NCBI GenBank assembly: GCA_017499595.2
Contig: CM039000.1
Location: forward strand, 558,001-622,000
Reading direction: 5' to 3'
Source of the DNA: Psilocybe cubensis
Lineage: Eukaryota
DNA: 64,000 nt
Shown: one piece after another, positions 22,796-34,805 of the stretch
How positions within the stretch are numbered: position 1 is the stretch's first letter
Layout of the letters: each line of letters starts with the position of its first letter
Translations under genes and position numbers: made by a program
The notes under the pieces: model-generated
The model's database searches: none
What the model saw: the letters and a program-made list of their open reading frames with translations, nothing else
What the model was told of the DNA's origin: nothing

Positions 22796-24002
22796 ACTTA
22801 GTTGCAATTCGCATCACGCACCGCATCGACACAACGTCTAGTAATTACTTGCTAAAACAGGTATACATACATCTCGTAGTGTAGAGTATGATTCAGGAGC
22901 ACAGCTGGTGGGGATAGATAGGGTAGGTAGGTTACTATAGGTGTAGTAGTATGTCGGCTGTACATACATACACTGGATGTATATGTACACCAATAGACAA
23001 TGGAGGTATGACAGTAATAAGATAGCCTGTGAAGGATGTAGAGTGTGATATGATGGGGGTAGTCGTACACGCCCGGTATGGATGGATGGACGTGTATGGG
23101 AATATCGTGTAAGGGAAGGATAGGCGTGGGTTGGGAGGCAATAGAAGTCTAGGAGGAGAAAAATGGTATAAGTGTTAACGTGAATGCGAATCTGGGAAAA
23201 CAAGGTCATAAAGATGGGAGAAAATTAAATATAGGAAATGTGCGGTCGGGTGTGCGTGCACACTACGCAGCAGAGGAGAACACAACAGGCAGAAGGTAGA
23301 GGTGGATGATAACGAGGTGAACATGCCGAAGAAGAAGAAAAAGAGGAGAACAATGCAGAGGGGGGAAAATCGAGAACGAAATTGAAGGAAGACGAAACGA
23401 GAATCAAATCAGAACGGCTCGAAATCCAAAATCCAGTTCCGATTCCAATAGTTTTCTACAACAACTCTACTCTACAAAGATCTTCTACTTTTACAAATTC
23501 GTCTTCGACACGTCAACGCGTCGTCGACGATCACCCGCGTACCGCGCCACCTGCTCTGCAGTGGTCACTCGTCCTCGCACGCACGCGTGCAAGTGCACAA
23601 ATCAAGCACGACCGGTGAGTCTTTCTACTGCATCAAAACAAAAAAACAGATATGGGGGAAAGAAATAGAAAACAAAAGGAGAAAGCGGGAACTGGACTGA
23701 ACGATATACACGAGGGGCTTGGTGGTGGTGGTGGTAGCAACAGACAGCATCGAGCGCCAGGCGGTCTAGGGATGGACAGAAGGGATCCTCCGAGCATGCA
23801 TGCACGCGCGTGTGCTCCCCTCCCTCTCATCCTCCGAGGTGTGATGTTGGCCCGCAAAAAGTGAATAGGTGCGTATGTGGGTGGAAATCAACTCCGGGTA
23901 TCGGTTACTGAACTAGATGGGAAGGGAGGGAAGGGGGGGAGGAGACTTGGACAGACATGTATGGCATGCAGGGAGGCACGACGGAAGGAGGAGGGGGGGC
24001 GC

Positions 24003-25876
24003 TCAGAGCGAGAACCACTGCCTCTTCGCGTGAAGCCTCCTGTGCGCGGTGGTTGCAGCTACTTTCACCTGTGGCTCGGGCTCGGGCGATTTCTTGACGA
24101 GCACGCCCTCCTCAGGGGAGGGAAGCAAAGCGCGTCTCCTGCGCCTGCTCGAGCGCTTCTGGCATGACGGGGCAGGGTTGCCGTTGTCGTTGCTGGTAGA
24201 AACAGAAGCAGCGGATGCAGAAGAAGCGGAGGCAGAGGCAGAGGAAGAAGCGCCTGCGGCGAGGTTGGCGGGGGCGGGGCTTGCACCGGTGTTCCCACCT
24301 GAGTTTGCGTTGTTCGAGCCTGAGCCGTTGTTTGAGTTGGATTTGTTCGAGCCCGAGTTGTTGTTGTTGGAGCCAGAATTGTTGGAACCGGAGTTGCCTG
24401 CGGGAGCACTCGGAGCGCCAGCAAAGATATCGTTCTGCGCGCCTGAAAAGAAGAATCGCAAAAACGCCAAGTCAGCCTCTTACAATCCGAAATAATAAAA
24501 AAATCATTAAAAACAAACCATCAGCGAAACCCAGCTTGGCGTTGTATGCTGGAGACTTGAAGCTGCCTGAAAGGTCGTATCCACTGACAGCGATGTTGTT
24601 GCCCTCGTTCTGGTTCCAGTAAATCATCTGCTTCGAGCCCTTGACGCAGGCACCTGGGTTGCCCTCGCACCACACGGGTGGCTGTGGGGGTGCAATGGGC
24701 GTAGTGCTCTTTGCGCCGGTGACTTTGCACTTGAATGGCTGGTGGTACATGTTCGGCTGGCCGCAGCCGTTCGGGACCCATCCCCACTGTGGAAAGAGTT
24801 AGACGAAAAATGTGAAGTTTGAATAGAAGTCGGCTTACAGCGCAGATGCAGCCTCCTTCAGGGCAGGCGGGCAAGTTGGCCGGGACATCGTAGCTGATAA
24901 CGCGCTTCCAGGGTGTGCTGTGGGGGATTTTATTGATAAGCGTCATTGATTTATTTGCAAGGAATGAAAACCACTCACTTATAACGAACAGTGAACACTG
25001 CAAGGTTCTGGGGAGTTACTGCCTTGATGTCAGACTAGAAAGTATTTGCAAAGTGAGCGCTAGATATGATTTTGAACGAGAGTTGGGGACTTGCGTTGTA
25101 CGAGATTGCGAATGCGGTTCCGGCCGCCATAGACTGATTCTGGGCATGCACTGCACAAAAATGAATCAGCAAAAACGCCAAGAAACGAGGGCCGCTCACT
25201 GTTTGGGGACGTGATGCATGAAGGGACATTCTGTGAGGCACAGTGGGTTAATTAATCAGTTGCTAGGAATATGGGAAAGACACGCACATAGTCCTCGGGG
25301 TATGTCGCACCGTCTGGCCATTCTGAGGTGTCGCGCCCGTTGTACGCCAGCGTGGTCTTTGCGCGGTTGGAGGCGATCTCGACGGTGAAGCTTCCACCAG
25401 CAGGACTGAAGTCGGGGTTTAGACGACGGAAATCAAAAATACAGGTGTGTTGGGACTCACAGCTCGAGGAAGTCCCCGTCTGCAGGAGGATATAGGTCAC
25501 ACTAAGATTGTTTCGCAAGTTTCAGAGAATACTAGGTTAACAATTGCACCAAAAACACACGTTGTTGATATGATGGACTGCAGAGTGTTGTTTAATGAGA
25601 TGAACATAGCACAACGGCAAGGCACGTACACCACCAATCCTTAAAGTTGAGCTGGTATAGAGGTGAGACAATCGCATAGGAATTCAAATCTTGCGCAGCT
25701 TGCGGACCCTATAGAAAGAATTTTGAATTGGAATGTAGATTCTTCAGCGCTTCTGAACATCTTAAGAAGAGGACTGCAACGCACATTCAAACAGTACATT
25801 CCTTTGTGGAAAGCTGCAAGATGGGCGTTGGCGCCGCTTAGCCACAAGGCCGCTGTGAGAAGGTTGACTTGAACTT
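24003..25876 (-). pseudogene. AA14 LPMO copy 2: complete mature-protein reading frame but no start codon for the signal peptide
   Basis: LLTAALWLSGANA|HLAAFHKGMYCLN (His1 codon 25823-25821) / GPQAAQDLNSYAIVSPLYQLNFKDWW.., with all downstream introns spliceable to the stop at 24003. No ATG between the TATA box (~26030) and His1. Confidence 0.85.
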
Positions 25877-28800
25877 GTTGAGCCGCGTTGAAAAAGAGTG
25901 TGGTTGGCCTTGAAGAAAGAGAGTGTGTGGTTTGGCGTAAACCGAGCGGGATAGTACAAGCGTAGGTACAGGAAAGGGGAAGGAGTCGTCTGTCCAAGTC
26001 GTTGGAGTGAAAAGTTGACAGTCTAGTTTATAAGCTAATCAGGAAATGAGCGGATGGATGATACCCTGCGTTCATCTTGGATTCATCTTGACCCCTCGTC
26101 GATTTTTCGGCAAAAAACCTGATTCCGGGCTCAGACGGGGCGGGGTTGCCGTTGTTGTTGCTGGTGGACACAGAAGATAGATTACTATTTATGATGTGCA
26201 GATGTTGCTTTTTCTGGCGAGTTTTTTCTCGGTAAAATGTCGAGATCTATTAATAGGCCAAAAAAAGAGCGTAGTCCATGCATTCCAACACCTTCAATTT
26301 ATCGTACTAGCAGAGGTTAGCCCCGCCCGAAGGCCAGAATGGGGCGTAACCGGTCTATCTACAGGGAAATCACTCACCGGCGAAAATCTGTCAAGGTCAC
26401 GGGACAAACATCCTACCACAACGACGGGTCATACGTGTTCTTCCCGGGTTGACAATAGGCCCGCCTACGTCGTGTTAGAGGGTTCAAGGGCCCCGCGCGG
26501 GTCCACTTCAGAGGTGTCCAACAATAATCGCTAGAGCATACCCCTGCGTCAAAGCTCCCCGGACGCCATTATGTTGTGTCAGAGCATAGCGGGGTGACTC
26601 GAGGGTGCTGAACGGAAATTAGGGTGAGTCCTGCTCGCCGGGTCAAAGCAACGATGTGTCGTGTTTGTCTAACGCCATACTGGTGCTGGGTGAGGAGTAG
26701 GCTGTATCCAGTTCGGCAGACAGCAATACATCTCCAGTTGGGTGGGTGCATAGCACTGCCTCCAAAGAGGCTGGACAACATTGGATGAAGGAGGAGATGC
26801 GCGTCTTGCCGGACAGCAATACATGGATAAGAGTTGGGTAGATCCTACTCGCCGGAAGACGATACGTTGCGTTGGGGCATATGTTGGTGGCACATAAAGT
26901 CGACACGAGCAAAGGGGAGAATTGAGCTCGCCGGAAGGCGATACGTTGCGTTGGGGCATACGTTGGTTGCACATGAAGTCGAGACGAGCAAAGGGGAGGG
27001 TCCAGCTCACCGGAAGGCGATACATGGCGTCGGCGCATAGCTGGATACGTAGTGGGTTAAATCCTGCTTGCCGGAAGACGATGCTTCGCGTTGGAGCATC
27101 CGCTGGTTGCACATAGAGTCAAAACAAGCAAAGAGGAGGGCCCAGCTCGCCGGACGGCAATACATAGCGTCAGAGCGTAGTTGGACAAGGAGTGTGGTGG
27201 ATCCTGCTCGCCGGAAGACGTTGCATTGCGTTGAAGCATCCGTTGGTTGCACATGGAGTCGATACGAGTAAAGGGGAGGGTCCAGCTCGCCGGACAGCGA
27301 TATATCGTGTCGGGGCATTATTTGGTGTCCTTGGGACAAGCAAAGCGGGTGGGTTTAGCTCGCCGGACGACGATATGTTGCCTCAGAGCATCTTTAGGCA
27401 TGCTGGCACTAGCGAGTCGCGGGAAAGAAATATATCGCGTCGGAGTAATCTGAGTTATGGAAAACAGTTAAGCACATGTCTAGCACTGTGAACAGCAATA
27501 CACTTACCAATACCACAGCCCTTTATTCTCAAGGCGAGAATCAATGCATAGCTTCAAGGCAAAACTGATACAAAGTCAGTACATGTTTTCAACACTATAT
27601 CCAATGTCACATACCTCTTGGTTACCATGCATTCCTTTACCAGCATTCGTCGGACACCCGAATCTCAAATTTGATTCTGCACACATTGTCAGTACTTATA
27701 AGTCTTTGAAGCGTATAAAACTTACAAGGTTGAAACCAGAATACATCGCCCGAGAGACCTAGGTTGATACTAGAGCATGGCATAGACAGAGTGCGATGCC
27801 AAGGAGGGTGCATGACGATGAGGAACGTCCACGACAAGGAGGGTGCACAACAATGGGTGCATGACGAGGAGGGTACGCAAAAAGAAAGGTGTGCAACGAG
27901 GGAGGTAACGACGAGGACGGGTACACGTCGACGTACATCCAGCATTAGGGCATAATGCACGGCTGGTGTTCATGAAATTCCAGTCCCTCTTTATACTCTT
28001 TTTTTACCAAGTTTTCAAGGTCACGTTGTATTTTCGCTGGCACATCACCTCATTTCTGTAGCTTCATCAATTACACTAGTCTTCGCTTCACTCCAACTTC
28101 GTTTACGAAGTGTAAAATTTATTTATTGGAATGCCATAATTTGACTCTTAGGAGTCCGGGAATATGAGTGATTCCACTTCCCTGTTTGCTCTCCAACTTG
28201 AATTCCAAGGCAGAAGATCCTGCTACAAATGTCCGAAAACTGTCCACATCCACAAATTACATTCCATGCTCGAGCACTGGAACAGCCGCTTTCGATCCTC
28301 GTAAACTCGTATCATTGTGCTAGACCCGGAGATCCACTTACGCGTAGAAGGCCGTAGTTTTGTTGAACGTTGCTTCACAACATTACGTGCATTTACATCC
28401 AACATAACGTCCTGCACCGCTGGCACAACACGCGCACACGGCATGCAGGTATTCTGAATTCGACGCGACGCATCTCATCCACAACGCCAGAAAGCAAAAA
28501 GACCCTGAACGCCCCTAAACGCGAATTGACTCCGAAAATAACAAAGTCACTTGAACTCGACGCGACGCGTCGGACGCGTGTCAGGGCAGCTGAGCTGTTT
28601 AATCTAATGACGCACATTTTCGTAACAAGCGCTGCTTCCTTTGAAACCCGCTTTTGGAATAGTCGCGCTAGCGCCCGATCCGTGTCATCGCGATTCCGGA
28701 TTCACGATCCTTGATTCAAGCCTAAATTTAAATCTGGGCAGACCAACATCCAGGCCCACATTTACATAAATGCTTGCTGGAGAGCTTTCTACTACGTCTG

Positions 28801-31564
28801 GGGGTCATTTTTGATGTAGCGACTGTAATTGAAGGTGTTTTCATGGGAGTTAAATATAACTCTGGCTTGTTTTCAATGTAAATATAACTAAATCTCAAGG
28901 TATACTCTACAGAAATTGTTTGTGGGAATACCGGTAAGTCAGGTTGCATCTGCATACTCGCTGACTATCTGTAGCACTGTAGAGGTTTGATATACGTGCT
29001 TATATTAACATTCATTTCACTCTGCGGCCAAAAATCCGTCTCTGAACGGATATTTAAATAACTCATGCAGGGGTCACCCGAGCCCCTGTCCCGCTCTTGA
29101 ATGTAAATTTAAAGTCTAACTGCAGGCCTATGACATGCTTTACCTCAACAAGGCTAGTGCCTCGGCTGCTCGGAGCCATCACAATGTTCAGCGGAGACTC
29201 TGAAGTTTCGGAGGATTGAGAAAAATACAATGACGTGGCATTCAAATTCACAGTAGTTTGACCTCCATAAGACGTCTGTGAGCTGAATAGTGTACCATAG
29301 AGTGTGAATAGAAGACAATATGATAAAATCCACTTGTAACTAACAGAATAAATTGAAATCTCTTGTGAATTTTCAAGTACTCGTCCTAAAATCGACTGCA
29401 CGCAATTTCATCCGCAGAATATAGATTACAACAAGCCCACAGGCAGGGTATGGTGTACCAGTACTGATATATTACCTAGAATAGTCCAAAATCACTCACA
29501 GGAAGCAATGGCATTTGTTTGACATATAAACCAATGACATTCTCCTCCTCCCCCGATACGTCAATTTACGTCGTTTTAGTCGTTTCCATTCTATCCGTAC
29601 CTTATTATAGATTAGCCTAGCACCCTTTGGCTCGCGAATAACGTTGTGAATCGGTGCTCTAGAGCCCAGAAGAACGTAGTTGATTGGATACAGTGCAGGC
29701 GGGTAATAACAACGTGTCATGCGTACCGCGGCTGTTTGCTGCATACTCGCCATTTGAGGCGGTTTGGCGGATGCGTATAGATGTAGTGATGCGTGGTTGA
29801 AGAGATGATGCGCCGTGGTGCAAGGAAAAGTCGGCAATTTGGAGTTGTTCACGTCAAGCCGTGAAATGGTGTAAATCGCGCATTCCCGCAGTTTGAAGAG
29901 GTGTAGGGGGGATTTTGTGAGCTGAGGGGCTGGAATAGTATGAAATTTAAGTGATGAGTAGTGAAATTTGAGTGCTAAAACCTTGAGAAAAGTTACACAT
30001 TTCAAAAAATATTAAGCGCCCGAATAGACATCACACTGAATTGCGTGAACACAGCAATTCCAAAGGCATTCCTCAGGTATCTCTGTATAGCAGCAGATAC
30101 TACCATACCCCTAATCACTCACATCGTGCATCCCATGTCAACAATCCCAAAAAATTCAACAAAATTTTCAACTCACGTACATACCAACATCCTCCCCCTC
30201 CCCCGATTCGCGAATACAGCCCATTTCGAACGCCTCCCTTTCTTCCTGGTCTTTTCCGGCACTAACGGGGACCTGCTCGGCTAGGCTAGGCTGCCGTCAC
30301 CCGACCTAGAAGGACGGAAATGAAAGCAACCACTGACGGTCTTCAGCTGAATACACAAATGCAATGATACGTACCGTACAATTCTGCGCGTTTTCCGCGT
30401 ATTCCTGGCATTTAGGGTGTTTTAATACGTTACCTATGGTGTTATGCTGGTGTCTGGGCGTCGGATCGAAGGTTGAAAAGTCGTAAGGTTTGTCTGGTTT
30501 CGTATTGCAAGTGTGCTCATGGAGCCGAATGCCCTCATTGTTGGAATAACGGGTTTACATGGTTTTTCAATGTCAGGTAGCCCCTGAGTGATATGATAGA
30601 TGCTCTTCAGTATGTGAGTAGGTCTGCGAGACTTGTTGAGCTCGGAGCACGATGGAAAAGGGTGTACTGCGTATCAACTCCAAATAAGCGCCGAGAACGT
30701 GCATATCTACATACAGTGCAAAACAACACTACACACACCTCTAGAAAGATGACAGGGGTAATAGTACCTCTCAGCTCTACCCCTCCAAACCATCCACCCC
30801 GCGGAACCATCGAAACAGCTGAACCAATCACATCCGAATCTGCACCTCCTCTCCCAAATCCGCATTCCACCCCATTCCAACCGCATTTCTTTTCTTCCGG
30901 CTTCGGAATCTCACCACCTCGGCTACTCAAAGTCATAACGGCAGATCAGAAGAAGACAGCGGCGTTCAATTTGTCGCTGTGCAGAAGACGAGTTTTACGG
31001 GTGTTGACTACAGAGCAAGTGTCCGCACCCCGGGAGAGCTAGAATGTGTCGTTTGTGCGATTATGTGTAGAATACGTATGGGTGGTGAATTGAATGTACG
31101 TACTGGTTTCCCCGAGTCGTGAAGCATTTGAAAATTGTGGAAGATTTGGTGCTAAAGTTTTGTTATTCGTCGTTCAGGCAATTTTGAGGAAATGGAGTGT
31201 ATCGTGAATCCAGTACTTGTATGGTCCTGGTTTGCGTCTTCAAGCATTGTAAATCTTTATTCTGTATTGAGTTGAATATAATTCTCTCTTGAGCGCAATG
31301 CATCGACATCAGCTCAAACAAACAAATGTACGAAATCACATTTCACAATACAACACACCCACCCAAAGTTTCACTCACTGCAAACGGAGAAACCACATCC
31401 AATCTACAATCTCGACACACACGGACGATCGGACCACAACTCGCGTAACCCAAATCCGAACCCGCACTAACAAGCGACACCGAAAAAAAAAAAGAATCTG
31501 TATATTTCATTATTCGGTCTACTTACGACATGTAACAGGCGTACTAGTAACAGCCCCACGCGGG

Positions 31565-33187
31565 TATATAAAGACCACGCACCTTGCTGGCCTTTCTTCA
31601 TCCCCTCACCGCCTACTCTCCTCTGCCTCTTCAGCTCTCCTCTTCTTTTCTCTTCGGGCTTGGATGGCGCGTTCTGGCAGACGGTGAGCCTTCTAGTTCG
31701 TTCTCGACGGCGCTGACGTTGTGCACTATATAGGCATTGGTGAGTGATATTGACACGACGCCGAGGCGATTCTGACGCGTTTCTCATAGGCCCGCGCACC
31801 ACGATGAAAACACCCCTCCTAACCTTGCCCGTAAAGGTGAGTTGCACCCACCCAACGATGCGCTGCTACTCACTTTGCTTCTCGCTGCACAGAAAAGTAA
31901 GGATTTCCGTGAGTCGGGGCCCCTATGACACGCAGAGCGCTGACAACGCACCTTGACAGAATGGCCTCTCGATCCATCCACCTGACGGCGTGGGCTGGTT
32001 GATACCGTGAAGGTTGCTGGAAAGGTCCTAGACGGTGTGGACACGATAACGACGGTAAGTAGTAGGGCAATAACTAACAGATGCTTTACTGACCCACCTT
32101 GAAATTAGATTCCCCGCCCGCCTCTGTCACTGCAAGTTGGATCCATTGGACTATGAGGGGACATAACATGCCCCCCAAATCCCGCTCCACGGTGAGTGTC
32201 GAGAGCGACTGAAAGTGCTTGCTGATTAATCCGACGCTTGCTGGGGTAGACGACCCTACGCGGGTATAAAGACCACGGGTGTTGCTGGCATTCTTCATCT
32301 TTGGGCTTGGATGACGTGTTCGGGCAGACGGTGAGCTTTGTAGTCGACAGCGCTGACGTTGAGCACACCAGAGCCACCGTTTGAGGCGACGGTGAGTAAC
32401 ATGCACACGATGCCAATGTGATTCTGACGCATTCCTCGTAGAAGTGCTATAGGTGCGTTGGTCACCGCAGAACGCTGACAACATACCTCGACAGAACACC
32501 ACCTAGCCTGTCCCGCTCTGCCCAGACCAGCCAACACCGCTTCTCGCTACACAGACAAGGCATTGCCTACAGAATTTCTGTGAGTCGGGGCCCCTGATAC
32601 GTAGAAAGCTGACGAAATACCTTGACAGAATGTCTTCTTGATCCATCCCGCTCCTCTCCCTGGCATAACGATTGACGGCGTGAAAAAAAAGAAGTTTAGA
32701 TGCGTAACGAACTGCAGAGTACTGACCGTGCCGATTACTCCATCCCACACTCTCCTTGTATCCTTTCCCTCTCCGCATTGCCCCATACCACCAATGACCG
32801 CGCGCAGCGACACTGTCTTGACGGCCGTCCAGAATGCATGCAGCTGAGGGGAGAGAGGTAAGCACAATCCCTCGCGGTCAAAAGAATTGTCAACTTACTG
32901 ACCGGTGATACAAGCTGTTGAAAATTGACATGGCCTGCCCACACCATCGATGACCTGCGCTGTGTGCTGGATAGCGCGCAGTGACGCTGTCTTGACGGCC
33001 GCCCAGAATGCACACAGCTGAGGGAAAGCGGTAAGCACGGTCCCTTGAGGTTGAAAGAGTTGTCTACTGACCTGTGACACAAATCGACCCCCTAGGTCCA
33101 TGGATAGCGAGCAAAGACTCTTGACCGCAAGGTAAGCCGTCGATATAATAACCCAACCAACCTATTGACGCACCAATTGACCTCTAG
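31565..33187 (+). ncRNA. Intron-dense spliced module, unit 2 copy
   Basis: Same organisation as 20601-22202. It keeps an additional clean intron (gtgagtcggggcccc..gctgac..ttgacag, ~31909-31959). Confidence 0.45.
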
Positions 33188-33644
33188 TCGGGCACGACTG
33201 TATGCGCGAGCCTTGTTCTTTGAGGCGCAAGGAACCTTGGGTGTTGGTTAAAGGTATGCCCGCTCAGTTTGTCTGCGAAACTGTCTTGAATGGCGGGCTG
33301 AATGCTGCATGCACTGTGGCTTGACGGGGGTGGAAAGACTCTGCAAGGGTGCTGTCACTGGCTTGGGCATCCATCGCTTGTCCCATGACGGCGGCGTGTC
33401 GACGTTGGGATCAACGTTGTTTAGTGATGAGTCTGCGTGCTGCCACATTCCCCTATACGGACATGCGGCCTCAAGCTGAGATCCAACAACTGAGAAAGTC
33501 AAATATAAAAAGACGGACAATAACGTACCTCAGTTTCCCCTAGATGCTCACAAATATCAAGGTAGGCGAAGATCGGGGTGTGTGAGTGAGAAGACGAAGC
33601 GGGTAATATAGGTGCTGTGGGGATGAGGCGGAGAGTGCAACATG

Positions 33645-33779
33645 TGTCGCCTCCTTCATCTTCCAACGGAAAGGACTTGAGCGCAAGGTGCACGGCGTGA
33701 CGGTGGTCAAGGAGCTCATCAAAAACGAAGGCCGACTGCCTTCTTCAAGGGGCTGACGCCAAAGGTATGCCAGTGTCCT
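33645..33779 (+). pseudogene. GGC1: GGC1 relic, unit 3
   Basis: Same double deletion as unit 2, plus a 1-nt loss (gaaggccgac). Confidence 0.9.
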
Positions 33780-34805
33780 ACTTAGTTGCAATTCGCCGCA
33801 TGCACCGCATCGACACAACGTCTAGTGATTACTTGCTAAAACAGGTATACATACATCTCGTAGTGTAGAGTATGATTCAGGAGCACATGCACAGCTGGTG
33901 GGGATAGATAGGGTAGGTAGGTTACTATAGGTGTAGTAGTAGTATGTCGGCTGTACACACATGAAAAAAGGTATAAGTGTTAACGTGAATGTGAATCTGG
34001 GAAAACAAGGTCATAAAGATGGGAGAAAATTAAATATAGGAAATGTGCGGTCGGGTGTGCGTGCACACTATGCAGCAGAGGAGAACACAACAGGCAGAAG
34101 GTAGAGGTGGATGATAACGAGGTGAACATGCCGAAGAAGAAGAAAAAGAGGAGAACAATGCAGAGGAGGGAAAATCGAGAACGAAATTGAAGGAAGACGA
34201 AACGAGAATCAAATCAGAACGGCTCGAAATCCAAAATCCAGTTCCGATTCCAATAGTTTTCTACAACAACTCTACTCTACAAAGATCTTCTACTTTTACA
34301 AATTCGTCTTCGACACGTCAACGCGTCGTCGACGATCACCCGCGTACCGCGCCACCTGCTCTGCAGTGGTCACTCGTCCTCGCACGCACGCGTGCAAGTG
34401 CACAAATCAAGCACGACCGGTGAGTCTTTCTACTACATCAAAACAAAAAAAAGCAGAAACGGGGGAAAGAAATAGAAAACAAAAGGAGAAAGCGGGAACT
34501 GGACTGGACGATATACACGAGGGGCTTGGTGGTGGTGGTGGTGGTGGTGGCAACAACAGACAGCATCGAGCGCCAGGCGGTCTAGGGATGGACAGAAGGG
34601 ATCCTCCGAGCATGCATGCACGCGCGTGTGCTCCCCTCCCTCTCATCCTCCGAGGTGTGATGTTGGCCCGCAAAAAGTGAATAGGTGCGTATGTGGGTGG
34701 AAATCAACTCCGGGTATCGGTTACTGAACTAGATGGGAAGGGGGGGAGGAGACTTGGACAGACATGTATGGTATGCAGGGAGGCACGACGGAAGAAGGAG
34801 GGCGC

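Larger units (their letters stand above)
22660..33644 (+). repeat. Array unit 2 (10,985 bp)
   Basis: Junction to junction; lacks the hAT insertion; left part nearly identical to unit 1, right part closer to units 3-5. Confidence 0.95.
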
